A stretch of DNA of 64,000 bases from Octopus vulgaris. Lineage: Eukaryota. Position 1 is the first letter of the stretch; each line of letters begins with the position of its first letter. Positions 24,963-38,284 of this stretch are shown one piece after another. The stretch spans positions 32,178,001-32,242,000 of the forward strand of contig OX597831.1 of assembly GCA_951406725.2 (NCBI GenBank). Reading direction: 5' to 3'. The translations under genes were made by a program, and so were the position numbers. The notes under the pieces are model-generated. The model searched no databases and was not told the origin of the DNA. It saw only the letters and a list, made by a program, of their open reading frames with translations.

Positions 24963-26274
24963 TATCTATACCCTACACACTCACACACACACACAATTCT
25001 ATTTTCCCACAGCAGTACCTATATCCAATTGTTGGATCCTCAGTTTCTGATGGCCAAAATGGATGTAAGCCAATGAAGGTAATTACATAACTGCTGTCCC
25101 TTTATCTTACTTTCTTATCCCTCAGCACAATACCCCACTCAATTGAAGGTTCTTATCATGAGGGTACTTGGTGACCTCACCAGTGCTGGTGCCACAAGAA
25201 AGCACTCATTGCACACTGTGAAATGGTTGGCATTAGGTAGGACACCAAGCTGTAGAAACCATGCCAAAGCAGATTATGTTGCCTGGTGCGGTTCTCAGAT
25301 TTACCAACTGTCCAACCCATGCCAGCATGGAAAATGGATGTTAGACCATGATGATCTCATGCACACACACACACACATACACGTCCAGTTAGTTGTTAAA
25401 ATAGATGTACTATGTGATTAGACAAATAACGAAGCTGTTATTGAAACAGTCCAACAAGCTCTAAATACACACTAAGTACTTCTACAGTTGAGTCAGGAAC
25501 ATTGCGTGCAGAAAACTTTTATAATCCTGGAAGTGTTGAGTTCAAACCTAAGAGGAAACAACAAGGAAATTAATTTGGCTTCATGGCTGTGCAAGAAAAA
25601 TAGTCCAGTGGATGTTTCAGAGAATTGAATTAGCTGTTCATCAGTCAAGAGTTTGGATTCACCTTGGGTATTTCACTGTGTTTTGGGACAAAACATTGGA
25701 TTCTCTATTACCTCAATTCTTCTGTCAGGAATAAATACCAAATCTTGTAGAAATCTTTGTTTGCTGTGTAACAGACAGGCATTCAATCAAGACAAAATTT
25801 ATCTCACATGCACCTTATACCAAAAAGCTGGAGCTAAGCAGTGGCCCCTTAAAATCCCTTTTAGGAGGTTTTTTTTTTTTAAAGGGGTTTGTATTTACAC
25901 ATACATTTCAGCTTAAAAGCAGGTCAAGCAAGGTTTCAACATTCACATGCATTTCCTGGCGCTAACTATTTTCATTCATTAAGAAGCTTTACCAAAAAAA
26001 TGCAAAAATTTGCAAACTTAAGAGGAACAATTCCAAACTAAAGCAATGAAAATTTTCAGAAACCAAAAAATTCATATTTAATTCTAAGGGAATAATAAGT
26101 TTAATTATTTTAAAAAAAAAAAGAATTTTATAATAAATAATTGAATAAATAAAATAGCCATCCAGCTATCATAATGTATATACACTGTTGATGGGACATA
26201 TGCTGCAGTATTTTGTCCTGTGGTAACATCTGTTATGGATGTGCTGTGTTTAAAACACAATAAATATTAGTGAG

Positions 26275-26570
26275 AAGGTACATGGCTCAGTGGTTAAGGG
26301 ATTCAGCTCATAATCGTAAGGGCAAGAGTTCAATTTCCGGTGGCACGTTGCATCCTTCAGTAAGACACTTTATTTCATGTTCCTCCAGCTGGCTAAAATG
26401 AGTTGTACATGTAAATCAAAGGATCAGCCTTGTTACATTCTGTGTCACACAGAATTTCCCTGAGAACTACGTTAAGGGTACGTGTGTCTGTGGAGTGCTC
26501 AGCCACTTGCACATCAATTTCACAAGCTGGCTATTCTGCTGAGCAAATCAACTGGAACACTCATTGTAAA
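26275..26570 (+). mobile_element. SINE family C copy
   Basis: tggctcagtggttaag...gagttcaatttcc head and shared body. Confidence 0.7.
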
Positions 26571-27305
26571 CTGGTACAAGATGATATTAATGGTGTTTCT
26601 AACACACCATAACAGATGTTATCTCAGGACAAAAGCCATAGTAAATGGCCTATCAGTGGTGTATATACATTGAGTATTTTACATAGATGGCTGTTTTAAT
26701 TTAATACTGCCTCAGATGCATATACCAACTAGACAAAAAACAAATTTTGATATTTTCATCTGAATTTAAAAAGAAACTAAATCCTAACAACAACAACAAC
26801 AAAAATTAAACAAATCAAGAGATTTCAGCCATTAAAAAAATTGTTTTTAAACAAATACTATTCTAGTTTATCTAATAATATTATTTAGATAAATTCAAAT
26901 ATTTTCTAATAATATAGAGGAAAAATCAAAATTTTGCTCTGTTATTAAAACAGAAACTAAAACAAATGTTAAATTAGTTTGAAGAACACAAGAGAAATTG
27001 CTCAGCTTTGCCAGAACATTCTAAATGAATCCACAGGGACTGCAACTTACCTCAATTTCCTGCAGAAGTCAGAGAAAAACCCCAACGAAGAAAACAAAAA
27101 GAAAAAAAAAAAAAACAAAGGAAGAATTTGAAAATGTTTGCCAAAAAAATTGGTGTAAACAGATGGTCAAACAGACATATGTATATACAAATACAAAGAT
27201 AAAGGAGAGGGTGTCTGAATATATACACACATTCATGCATACTTACATATACATACATACACACAAGCACACACAAACATATGCACACATGTTAATATTT
27301 GTGTT

Positions 27306-27363
<58 letters not shown>

Positions 27364-27677
27364 AGCTCACCATGTTCTGTCAATAATGACGGCAATTGTA
27401 GTATTTTATATATAAATAAGGTACATAATAATAACACTTTGACATACTTCCCTTGTCAACGCACACACATATACTCACACAGAGTTGAAACGCTGATTTT
27501 TCTTCACCCCTTCCTTCTTTATTCATCTATCATCCCTTCCTTTCCCTCATTGCCATTACTTTCTTTCACTCCCTCTCAGTTAGGGCTATTACTCTCACTA
27601 CTTCTCCTTCACTGAATTACTATTTTCTCTCCTCTGCATCTGGCGTGATTCTGGACAAATATATATATATATTGAGT

Positions 27678-27720
<43 letters not shown>

Positions 27721-28221
27721 AATATATAAAAACACAATGCTCATTATTATATTAGGATATATATATATATACACACACTCATACATTTTTACATGTAATT
27801 ATATATGTAAACACATACACATATATATATATGTACACGCACACACATGTAAATATGTGTTGTGCACGCACACACATTTATTTATATATATATATATCTT
27901 AATTGCCTGTGTTTATATTGTCATTTAACTTTACTATTAAAGCTCATACCATCATTTCGTATAGATAAGTGGGTGGATGCTGATCCAAACTAATTTGGCC
28001 ATCATCCATGACAAGACAAAGAATCTTCATACACTATCACCAAATCTATTTGGAATAACATTAAGCCAGATGTCATCTCGAAATGACGGCATAAGATTAA
28101 TGTTATAATTACAACATAGATACCCATATACCAAACTCTACATGCTAGCTTGTAAATATGTTTGATCTATTTGCATAATCTTTGAATACCATGTCTGTAT
28201 GTATGTACACACACACATACA

Positions 28222-28262
<41 letters not shown>

Positions 28263-29974
28263 GTATGTATGCATGTATGTATAAATATATATGTATTACA
28301 CACACACAAAGAGTGTCCAGAAAGTCCCGCTCAATTTAGCTAAAATTTGATGAATCAATCAGTAAAATATAAAGTGAGTTAAAATTATTCAATTCAATTT
28401 TGATTAGGCATAAAGATTTACAGCCAACCATTATTCATGAGTAAGTATGCCTTAGTGGTATGTACCATGCTTTCACTCATTGTTTGAGGCACCTGTGTGA
28501 TTGCAAGCAGGCTCCCCCACCCTTGACTCAGCAAAACATTGACAAAGTGACAACTGGAGAGAAAGAAAGAGATAGAGAGCAGAGAAGGGGGGATGTACCA
28601 GTGTTCAGCTTGTATCCATTTGCAGCTGAGCAGACTGGAAGAAAGAGCATTGCTCAAGGACACAGCGGGCCAATGAGTCTAGGAATTGAATCTACAACTT
28701 TATAATCATGAGTTGAACATCCCTAACCATGAGGCCATATGCCTTCACTGACCAGGCATTATAATACTAAGTGGTTTCAAATTTTGGCACAAGGCCAGCA
28801 ATTTCAGGGGAGGGGCTAAGTCAATTACTTTGATCCCAGTGTGTAACTGGTACTTATTTTATCGACCCTGAAAGGCAGAGTCGACCCTGGTGGCATTTGA
28901 ACCCAGAACGTAAATATGGATGAAACGCTGCTAAGCATTTTGCCAGCTTGCTGCCTTCATTGTAATATTCATATTAATACAATCATGATGACCATTTTAA
29001 TGTCCACATTTCCATGGGTCAGATTGAATTTGATGTTTCAGGTCTTTCTATGCCCTTCCTATCACCAACTCCCACCCATTCGGTAGCGAGGTAAGATTTC
29101 CTCATGGTCAAACATGATTCCATGTAAGATTGCAAATGAAGAATACCGCTTGTATGACAGTGACACTCGTTTACAACTCTCATATACTGTCAAGACAAAG
29201 GGACACAAATACACACATTTACAACAGGCTTCTTCCAGTTTCCATCTACCATATGCACTCACAATGCTTTGGTATTCCTGGGACTATAGTACTTGCCCAG
29301 GGTGCCATGTGATGGAACTGAACTCAAAACCATATGAGTGGGCAGTGATCTTGTAAAAAACCAAAAATAATAATGTTCTAAATTTAATGAGTTATAATTT
29401 AGTTGATGAATTAATTAAACTATTCCAATTTCTTTTCTGGTAACGATTTCCTATTTATTTAAAAGTATAATTAGTCCAAATTAAAATGATTGAATAATTA
29501 CTACTGATCGGTCACAAATTTTTACTAAAACTGAGCAAAACTTCCTGGATAACTTGTATGTATGTATGTATGCATGCATGCAAGCATATATGTGTGTTTA
29601 TCATCATGTATGTACTTTGGTATGTATGTATATTGAGTATATAAAAGATCAAAGTTTTATTGTTTTTAGTTTAAAATATCAGAAACTGAAATTTTAGATG
29701 TTTTGTAAAACCTTAATTAGTTGAAGAAAAGCAATCATATAGAAGAGAAATTTTAAAATGTGAAGATTGAAATTTCAACAGTAAATTATATAAACACATG
29801 AAAAAAAGCATTTGGAAATTAGAATTTGAACAGATAAAACAAATTTCAAAAATTTCTTAATTTGTGGAAACATCTAAATTAAATCAAATTGAAATTTCAA
29901 ATGAGAAAAGTTCTGAAGAATGACCAATTGGATCTGATGGTAGATATTAAAAAGAATGTCTTCCAGACCAGATA

Positions 29975-30345
29975 TTTGGGGTGCATTCTAAAGATATGGT
30001 GGCAAAATTACACAAAGAGTGATGTGGTGGTTGAAAGAGCAGGGATGGAGAGGATGAGTAGACAATAATGGAAAAGGAAGTGGAAGTATACTGGCCACAT
30101 ATCCTAAGGAAAGATCTCAATGGCAACTGTATGACAGCCATGGCATGAGTCTTTGAAGAGGAGGAAGCATGAAAGACTCAAGAACATCTGGAGAAGAACT
30201 GTCAAAAAAAAGAGAGAGGCAGGCTGGTGGATGAAGAACAGGGAGCCAGGTACAAAACACAGCCATTGATAGGACAACATGGAGAGAGAGAGAGAGAGAG
30301 AGTGGAAGCCTTATGTGTCACCTGCACAAAGTGAAAAGGTAGATA
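29975..30345 (+). mobile_element. Degraded RTE LINE 3' fragment
   Basis: Broken frames read FQTRYLGCILKIWW, KRKWKYTGH, ILRKD, IWRRTV, VEALC. Confidence 0.6.
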
Positions 30346-30968
30346 GATTATTGAAGAACTGATTTTTTTTAGTAATATGAAAAAAGATAAAAGACCTAAG
30401 AAAATAGTACCAAAAAACAATCAAAAATATTCATCAAATAATTTTAAAAAAAGGAAGAATTTTCGAAGAAAACAGGCAAGAGAACTGTAAAAGATTTAGA
30501 AAGAAGAGGTAACTGTTTATAGTCACTCTGATTGCTATTTCAAAATTTTTCCTTTCTGTTTTACAGCTAATACCATTTCTTATTTCCCATCCATCTTCTC
30601 TGCCCATTATTGCTAGTCCTCTGGCCCCTCCTCTGTAGGGTCCTATCAGATGCAAATGTCATTACACTTTCCTGCTCATTCTTGGTCTATGCCTAGGTTT
30701 CCCACTGGTTGGTTCAACTTGAAGGATTTCCCTAGCAAATTCTTTCCTGTGACATTCTAATCATGTCTGCAGTACCAGAGCTGTGGCATCATGGAATACA
30801 GCAGAATTAGATATTCTAAAAAATCTACTGATTTCATCATTTCACTATTTTCCTTTTACTCTTCAGCATCTTAGGTTGTCGAAACCCTAAGTAAGTCCTC
30901 CTTCAGTCGACCAATACTCAAACATATTCTAGTGATGACCTTACTAGTTTTCATCTAGCCATAATATA

Positions 30969-32209
30969 CAGGGGTTGGACAAAATAATGGAAACACCTTG
31001 TATCATCATTTTGAAATATCTATAAAAACCGTCAAAAGCTTGTTTATTTTTATGTTTTTTGATTTATTATTAGTGTTGCTTAATATGTTTTGCTAAAATT
31101 GCTGTTTCTTTTCAGATATCATCAGAAAAATGTAATTAAAATTCATTAAAATGATAGATCTATTGGACTTTCAAAGAGGTCAAATTGTTGGTACTCGTAT
31201 GACAGGTGCTAGCATAACAAAAACAGCCAAAATGCTTGGTGTATCAAGAAGTACTGTCTCAGAAGTAATGACAGCCTTTGAGAAAGAGGGAAAAACCTCC
31301 TTGTCAAAACAAAACTCCAGAAGAAAACCAAAACTTTCAGATAGGGGCTGTTGGACTCTTACATGAATTGTTAGAAAGGATCACAAAAGCACAGCTCCCA
31401 AAATTACTGCAGAGCTTAATGACCACCCCGAAAACCCAGTTTCCACAAAAACTGTTTGCCAGGAGCTACACAAAGCCAGATTTCATGAGAGGGCTGCAAT
31501 CAGAAAACCACTACTTTCAACAAATGTTGCAAAGCGTTCAGCCTAGAGCAGTGGAAGAATGTTATTTTCTTGGATGAGTCATCCATTATCATATTTCCAA
31601 CAGCCGACTGAGTATATGTATGGAGACAACCAAAAGAAGCATTTGACTCAGACTGCCTTCTTCCAACTGTTAAACATGGAGGAGGATCTGTGATGATTGG
31701 GAGAGAGTGGGCTATATCTTGGAAATCCACCGGCCCAATGGTTTCCCTTCATGGCAGAATTAATAGTCAAGACTATTAAAGCATTTTTATCTGATCAAAT
31801 TCATCCTATGGTTACGGAACTGTTTCCAAAGGGAAACTCAAACTTTCAGGATGATAATGCACCAATTCACACAGCTAAAATTGTTACTGAATGGTATGAG
31901 GAACATTCTAGTGAAGTTGAACATCTTATCTGGCCACCACAGTCCCCAGATCTCAATATTATTGAACATTTATGGTGCATTTAGAAAAACAAGTAAGAAG
32001 TCGATATCCTCCACCATCATCACTACAAGAACTGGAAACTGTTTTAGCTGAAGAATGGACAAAAATTCCTTTGGAAACAATTCAAACTGTGTACAATTTC
32101 ATACCTCGTAGAATTCAAGCTGTAATTACTGCCAAAGGCAGTCCTATCCCATATTAAAATAAATTTGTTTGAAATTTCAAGGTGTTTCCATTATATTTTC
32201 CAACCCCTG
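30969..32209 (+). mobile_element. Full-length defective Tc1-like transposon, DD36E spacing (Incomer-like)
   Basis: TA TSD; TIRs CAGGGGTTGGACAAAATAATGGAAACACCTTG / CAAGGTGTTTCCATTATATTTTCCAACCCCTG; 1241 bp. Confidence 0.93.
31151..32157 (+). pseudogene. Tc1-like transposase pseudogene with stops and frameshifts
   Basis: HTH DFQRGQIVG...GVSRSTVS; DES; TVKHGGGSVMI; QDDNAPIH followed after 36 residues by the E of SPDLNIIEHLW. Confidence 0.92.
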
Positions 32210-33196
32210 TATCTAGGATGACATCAACTAAATGTCCTTCCATTTTTTAAGGCAGCAGGGTGATGTTTGAAGGAGATTTGGCTGCAATTTCTAGCATGCC
32301 TCTGACCACATAAAGGCACTCTTGTTAATTTGTTGCTGTTTAACCCGTTTGATGCTGATCCAGCAGATTTATGATTAAAGATACCCAGTGGTATTAGCAT
32401 CCAGTCTTTTTCTCTTTCCAGACATCATGCACCTAGCATTCTTATCGACTTTTATTACGGTTGTGGTTTATCCCCAGGTGTTAATCTGGTTTCCTTCAAA
32501 TTTCATCCTACCTTCTTACAAATGGGCCAATATACATGACTCAGTCCTCAATACATTATACCAGAAAACAAGATGGGATGGTCATGGCTGGACTGCCAGC
32601 TGAACCATGAACCTTTAGTGCCATTATTATCATCCACCTCTACCTCCTCCTCCTCACCACTGCCACTGCTGCCACCACCACCACCACCACCACCAACTTT
32701 ATTATTATTATTATGATCATCAACAGAATGGCTATTTATTCTTCATATTCTACATATGCTCCTGTTCCTTTTTATATCTATCCAAAATGACCAATGATTT
32801 AATCTCCAATCAAAGAATATTTACAAATATGTAAATAAAACAAGGCCAAGTTAAAAGAGAAAAAAAAAAACTATACAATCAACCATTTTCTTTGTTGCTG
32901 TTTTATATTATTTTATTTTTTTTATTATATTTGCTTTCTGTTTCTGGCTGGTGATTCTGTTTGGAAAAAAAAGCCATCAAATGATAAACACATCTCTCCA
33001 CCGAATACGACATCGATCATCATTGCATCATTTTGCTGAGTCAACAGTAGGAAAAAATACAAAACACAAGACACACAATTTCATTTCGATTATGTTTTTC
33101 TTAATAGACATCTGGTTTTGCTTTGATTTTTCAACGTGTTTGTGCATTGTTTTTTTAAGAGCCAGAGATTGAAACACAATATAACAGCAGTAACTA

Positions 33197-33725
33197 GCCA
33201 TCTATCCATCCATCCATCCATCCATTCCTTCTGCCCACTATTCCTGGGAAGTTTGTGAGGGTAGAGTCCATTTCTTCTGCCCACTATTCCTGGGAAGTTT
33301 GTTGGGGTAGAGTCCATTTCTTCTGCCCACTATTCTTGGGAAGTTTGTTGGGGTAGAGTCCATTTCTTCTGCCCACTATTCCTGGGAAGTTTGTTGGGAT
33401 AGAGTCCATTTCTTCTGCCCACTATTCCTGGGAAGTTTGTTGGAGTAGAGTCCATTTCTTCTGCCCACTATTCCTGGGAAGTTTGTTGGGGTAGAGTCCA
33501 TTTCTTCTGCCCACTATTCCTGGGAAGTTTGTTGGGGTAGAGTCCTCAGGCCCCTATCAGAAGCAACCATCTTTGCCCTTTCTGGCTGGATTCCTAAGCA
33601 TGAGCAAACGGGACTAGGGATGTTATCTCACCATCTCACTCTTGGTCCTACCCTTAGGTGTTCTGTCAGTTGTCTCAGTTAAGAATCACTCTGGTGTTCT
33701 TTCCTGCAACATTCCAGCAAGAAGA
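33197..33725 (-). mobile_element. Degraded Rex3/Expander-like RTE 3' end with (GGAT)n tail, hosting the minisatellite
   Basis: Minus remnants RTPKGRT, LGIQPE, MVASDRG followed by a (GGAT)n tail; similar decayed piece at 30590-30790. Confidence 0.5.
33225..33545. repeat. Minisatellite, 7 copies of a 46-bp unit
   Basis: Unit ttcttctgcccactattcctgggaagtttgttggggtagagtccat with few substitutions; no spacers. Confidence 0.95.
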
Positions 33726-33774
33726 CAAAATCTGATCCAGCTACATTGTACCCTGGTTTGAGGATATAAACTAG

Positions 33775-33943
33775 ACTTAGGAGTGGCTGTGTGGTAAGTA
33801 GCTTGCTTACCAACCACACGGTTCCGGGTTCAGTCCCATTGCGTGGCACCTTTGGGCAAGTGTCTTCTACTATAGCCTCGGGCCGACCAAAGCCTTGTGA
33901 GTGGATTTGGTAGATGGAAACTGAAAGAAGCCCGTCTTATATA

Positions 33944-33998
<55 letters not shown>

Positions 33999-34206
33999 AC
34001 ATGTTTATGTGTCTGTGTTTGTCCCTCCAACATCACTTGACAACCGATGCTGGTGTTTTTACATCCTCGTAGCCTAGCGGTTCAGCAAAAGAGACCGGTA
34101 GAATAAGTACTGGGCTTACAAAGAATAAGTCCTGGGGTCAATTTGCTCGACTAAAGGCGGTGCTCCAACATGGCCGCAGTCAAATGACTGAAACAAGTAA
34201 AAGAGT
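33775..34206 (+). mobile_element. SINE family A, near full length
   Basis: ggagtggctgtgtggtaagtagcttgc...ccgcagtcaaatgactgaaacaagtaaaagagt. Confidence 0.85.
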
Positions 34207-35622
34207 AGGGGTTAGGGACCCTGAGAAAGGGTCCAATAACAACAACATTAGTTTTTAAATTCAAAATTCCAGCAGTGAGACCCAAACTGAGGGGTTGGGT
34301 CCTCTATGTTGTCACTTAGACTATTAGAAATAGCAGCCAAATATCTTTAATCACAGACAGGAGGGAAGGACAAAAAAAGTAATGAAATGAAGCAATCATT
34401 ACCATGTAGAGGTTTACTCATTAGTTTGGTGGTACTGTGGGGTTTGGCTATTTGTAAAATATGATTCATTAAGGCTCCAAGGTTTACAATTACAAAAAGG
34501 GGGAACGACAATGTGTGACATTCATACCGTGTTCAAAGATAGCAGCAATGTAAATGAGGTGGGGGGTAGGGTGACAACCAGGAATTGAAACTGAGTCGTG
34601 TACCAAATTCACAAAAAGCTAACTTTGATTGCCTTCATTCAAAGAATTGGTCCATCAAAGACTGACGTGGGCCCGAGTCTAAACAACAACAACAACAGCA
34701 GCAGCAGCAGCAACAACAACAAACCGAATTCTTCAACTAATGAGTCACGAAATAATGTAAAACTTCATGAGTAAAACTGCTTAAAGAAATAAACAAAATC
34801 TGAGATAAAATAATATAAAGCAATAAAATTTGTCTGCTAACAGATTGTTCTGGAAATCAGATAAGATGGAATTTTAAAATTATGGCCAAAATGATTGAAG
34901 AATCATTTGCAAAGATGTTGCCATAGAAATATGTTGTGGAATTCTAACTCCTTGATCCATCTAAATCCTCACTGTAAAAATTGCTTCAATAAAACTATGA
35001 TTGAATGAATAATAAAACATCAACGTCCAGAATGCTGGCCAACAGCAGTAGTAGCAGTGGCAGCGGCAGCAGCAGCAGCAGAACTGAGGAAGAATCAATG
35101 ACGTCAGGTAACCAGCAAGAATATGGCACACAGGTCTGTGGGATACTCAACCACTCGGACATTAATTCAGAAGTACGTAACTAAGTTGATTAAGCACCTA
35201 AAACCTCACCATTGAATGACAAAGATTCACTTTACAAAGGCAGAGTTTTAAGAAGTAAAGGTCTCTTAAAACTATATTTTCATCTTAGATGAAGGACCAT
35301 TCTATATTAAGACTGCCGTCTGCGTTTCATACTAAAATTATATACACCATTAAAAGGCATGATGCTGCAGAACTGTCTGAGATAAATTATGTGCATACAC
35401 TTAGTATGTTTATCTCAGAGAATTCTATTGCAGCATGCCTTCTAACAGTGTATGTATTTAGTAATTTAATGTGATAATCAAATGTGGATTTTAAATTAAC
35501 TCTTTATACAATTAAAGCAGCATTTTTCTAAATTAAGGGTTTTAAGAAATAATACTACTTAAATGAAAGCTAAACTTTCATTTTACACACATACACAAAT
35601 CTCACCTGATTTAGAGATTTAA

Positions 35623-35840
35623 CCTTTTAGTATTCAATCCGGCCAAATCTAACTCAAAATACTTGTTTTATGCTCAAACCAGCCATATCTGGCCTCTCAC
35701 ACCTACCCGACAGTGTCATTGTAAAAAATAAACAACCATAACATTGAAATCTGAAAGTTACGAGATAATGCCAGATTAATTCGAAACAATGTGATTAAAT
35801 AAGGATTTGATTTGACAGAATAATCTGAATGCTTAAAGGG
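35623..35840. mobile_element. piggyBac-like MITE family 2 (related copies at ~39875-40043, 41877-42040, 52993-53168)
   Basis: TTAA-CCTTTTAGTATTCA...TGAATGCTTAAAGGG-TTAA; shared body ggcctctcacacctacc...gtcatt.taaaa. Confidence 0.7.
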
Positions 35841-35942
35841 TTAAGGAGTGATAATCCGTTAAAACTAATTTTTGCATTTTTGACAAAAAAAATAATGGTA
35901 AATATTTATAAGAAATTGGTGAGCAGAAGAAATATTACTTAC

Positions 35943-36057
35943 GCCGGAATGGTACAGAGGTAAATCATCACCTTCTTATATTGTTCATCTGTGATTTCTG
36001 GTATCCCAGGGACATCGGGAAATGTGAGAATCGGTGCTCCGTTGCGAGCCTTGCCAC
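35943..36057 (-). CDS. MCF2L: Coding exon of DBS/MCF2L-like Rho GEF, SEC14 domain
   Basis: tctttttccccactag|GTGGCAAG...ATTCCGGC|gtaagt, 115 nt, phase 1-2. Translates GGKARNGAPILTFPDVPGIPEITDEQYKKVMIYLCTIPA, compare DBS GGRGQDGSPVITFPDYPAFSEIPDKEFQNVMTYLTSIPS. Absent from the ORF track. Confidence 0.93.
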
Positions 36058-36169
36058 CTAGTGGGGAAAAAGAGCGAATGAGTCAAAGAAAGGGGGAGAT
36101 AAATGATACAACTCAAGGCAGATAAACAAGTAAAGGAAAAACAAATTTAGTGTAACAAAAAAATTAATA

Positions 36170-37100
36170 ATTGAGGAATGGTTAAGGAATGGTAGAATTG
36201 TTAGCACATGCCAGACAAAATGGTTAGTGGCATTTCATTCTTCTTTATGTTCCGATTCCAAATTCCACTGAGGTGGACCTTGCCTTTCATTCTTTTGAGT
36301 ACCAGTGGAACCCAGGGGTCAATGTAATCGACTGGTCAACTTCCTTTGAAACTTCAGGCCTTGTGCCTACAGTAGAAAGGATTTTGGGGTCAACAAAATA
36401 TGTACCAGTTAAGCACTGGGGTTGATATGACCAACTATCTCCACCCACTCCAACGATTTCAAGGACTATTATTATTATTATTATTACTATTATTATATTT
36501 TTAAAATTTTTATTAAGGTGGTGAGCAGGCAGAATCCTTAGCAAATTGCTTAGTAGTATTTTGTCTGTCGCTACGTTCTGAGTTCAAATTCCACCGGGGG
36601 TTGACTTTGCCTTTCATCCTTTCAGGGTCGATAAAATAAGTACCAGTTTTGCACTGGGGTCAATGTAATAGACTTAATCCCTTCCCCCAAATTTGAGGCC
36701 TTGCGCTTCCAGTAGAAAGGATTATTATTATTATTATTATTATTATTACTAAGGTGGCAAGCTGGCAGAATCATTAGCATGCCAGGCAAAATGCTTAGCA
36801 GTATTTCGTTTGCCGTTACATTCTGAGTTCAAATTCCACCAAGGTCGACTTTGCCTTTCATCCTTTCGGGGTCGATTAAATAAGTACCAGTTATGTACTG
36901 GGGTTAATGTAATTGACTTAATCTCCTCCCCCAAGCTGCCCTTGTGGCAAAATTATTATTATTATTATTATTATTATTATCATTACTATTATTAAGGTGG
37001 CGAGCTGGCAGAATTGTTAGCACGCTGGGCAAAATGCTTAGTGCCATTTCATCTGTCTTCACATTCTGAGTTCAAATTCCACAGAGATTGACTTTGTTTT
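36170..37100 (+). mobile_element. Head-to-tail array of four SINE family B copies separated by (ATT)n
   Basis: aaggtggcgagctggcagaatc...gagttcaaattcc...gactttgcctttcatcctttcggggtcgat...taagtaccag repeated; the central block resembles the Nin domain. Confidence 0.8.
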
Positions 37101-37103
37101 TCA

Positions 37104-37426
37104 TATTTAAGAGATGAAGAATTATGTACATTATTTACATTATTTACAATTGACGGATATTTGTCCTCATTAGGAAGGGCATCCAGCTGTAGAAACACTG
37201 CCAGATCAGACTGGAGCCTGGTGCAGCCTCCTGGCTTCCCAGACCTCAGTTGAACCGTCCAACCCATGCCAGCATGGAAAACAGACGTTAAATGATGATG
37301 ATGATCTTGTTTGCTATTAACACAAAGTTTTGGCAGATATACCTTCCAGCTTTCATCAGGAGTCTTGGGGAAATTTCAAAGCTGGGTTCTGATCCCTAAG
37401 TTATTTTTCGATATTATTATTATCAC

Positions 37427-37473
<47 letters not shown>

Positions 37474-37550
37474 TCACTGCCTGGAATCAAACTCGGAATC
37501 TTGGGGTTAGTAGCCTGCGCTCTTAACCACTATGCCATATGCCTGTGCAA
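37104..37550 (-). mobile_element. Copy of the tRNA-like + hammerhead Penelope-like family, interrupted by an RTE 3' end (37170-37304)
   Basis: Homologous to 19944-20130; degenerate hammerhead at 37319-37365; (AAT)n spacer; tRNA-like head at 37470-37545. Confidence 0.65.
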
Positions 37551-38176
37551 ATAATGTAAATTTTGTCTTTAATCTTTCCAGGATTGATCAAATAAGTATC
37601 AGTTGCATACTGGGGTCTATGTACTCAACTAGTCCCCTTCCTCAAATTTTAGGCCTTGTGCCTTTAGTAGAAAAGATTATCATTATTATTCCTGGTTCTG
37701 CTGAGTCACCCCCTCACCTACCATCCTGACTATAATCGGTTCATAGACATAAATCCTGCCATAATTCTTTACTTCATCATTAATTAACATTGGTTACATT
37801 CCTGTCTAAAAGGAAACTGTTTTCTTTGTCTTTTTTTGAAACTTTTTACATAAATTGTTGCTAAATTATAAGTTTCCACAACCTACATCAAAACAGCCAC
37901 ATATAAACATGTGCTGTTTCATGTGTATATATAAGTATATATCTGTGTGTATGTGTATCTATGCATGGGTCTGTGTGTGTGTGTGTGTGTGCTTGTATAC
38001 ATGTATAATGTATGTCTATATTTCTAAATGTGCATGAATATGTACATAACTAAATGTGTATAAATTCATGTGTGTATATGTTTGTGGGGACATATATAAC
38101 TACAGATAGAGCGACAAATAGCTAGATCTGCTAACACATACAAATACATGTGTATATTTATGCTATCATATATGCA

Positions 38177-38226
<50 letters not shown>

Positions 38227-38229
38227 CAT

Positions 38230-38284
<55 letters not shown>

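Noticed and set aside
25600-25650. CTGATGA...GAAAC on the minus strand
   Set aside because: Stem II and stem I cannot be formed in the correct register; likely a chance match.
28308-29548. Possible old Tc1/mariner element with nested SINEs
   Set aside because: Only a weak, diverged TIR-like match between ~28311 and ~29525-29548, with no clear TSD or transposase trace.
33225-33545. CRISPR-like array
   Set aside because: Units are contiguous with no unique spacers, there are no cas genes, and the context is eukaryotic.
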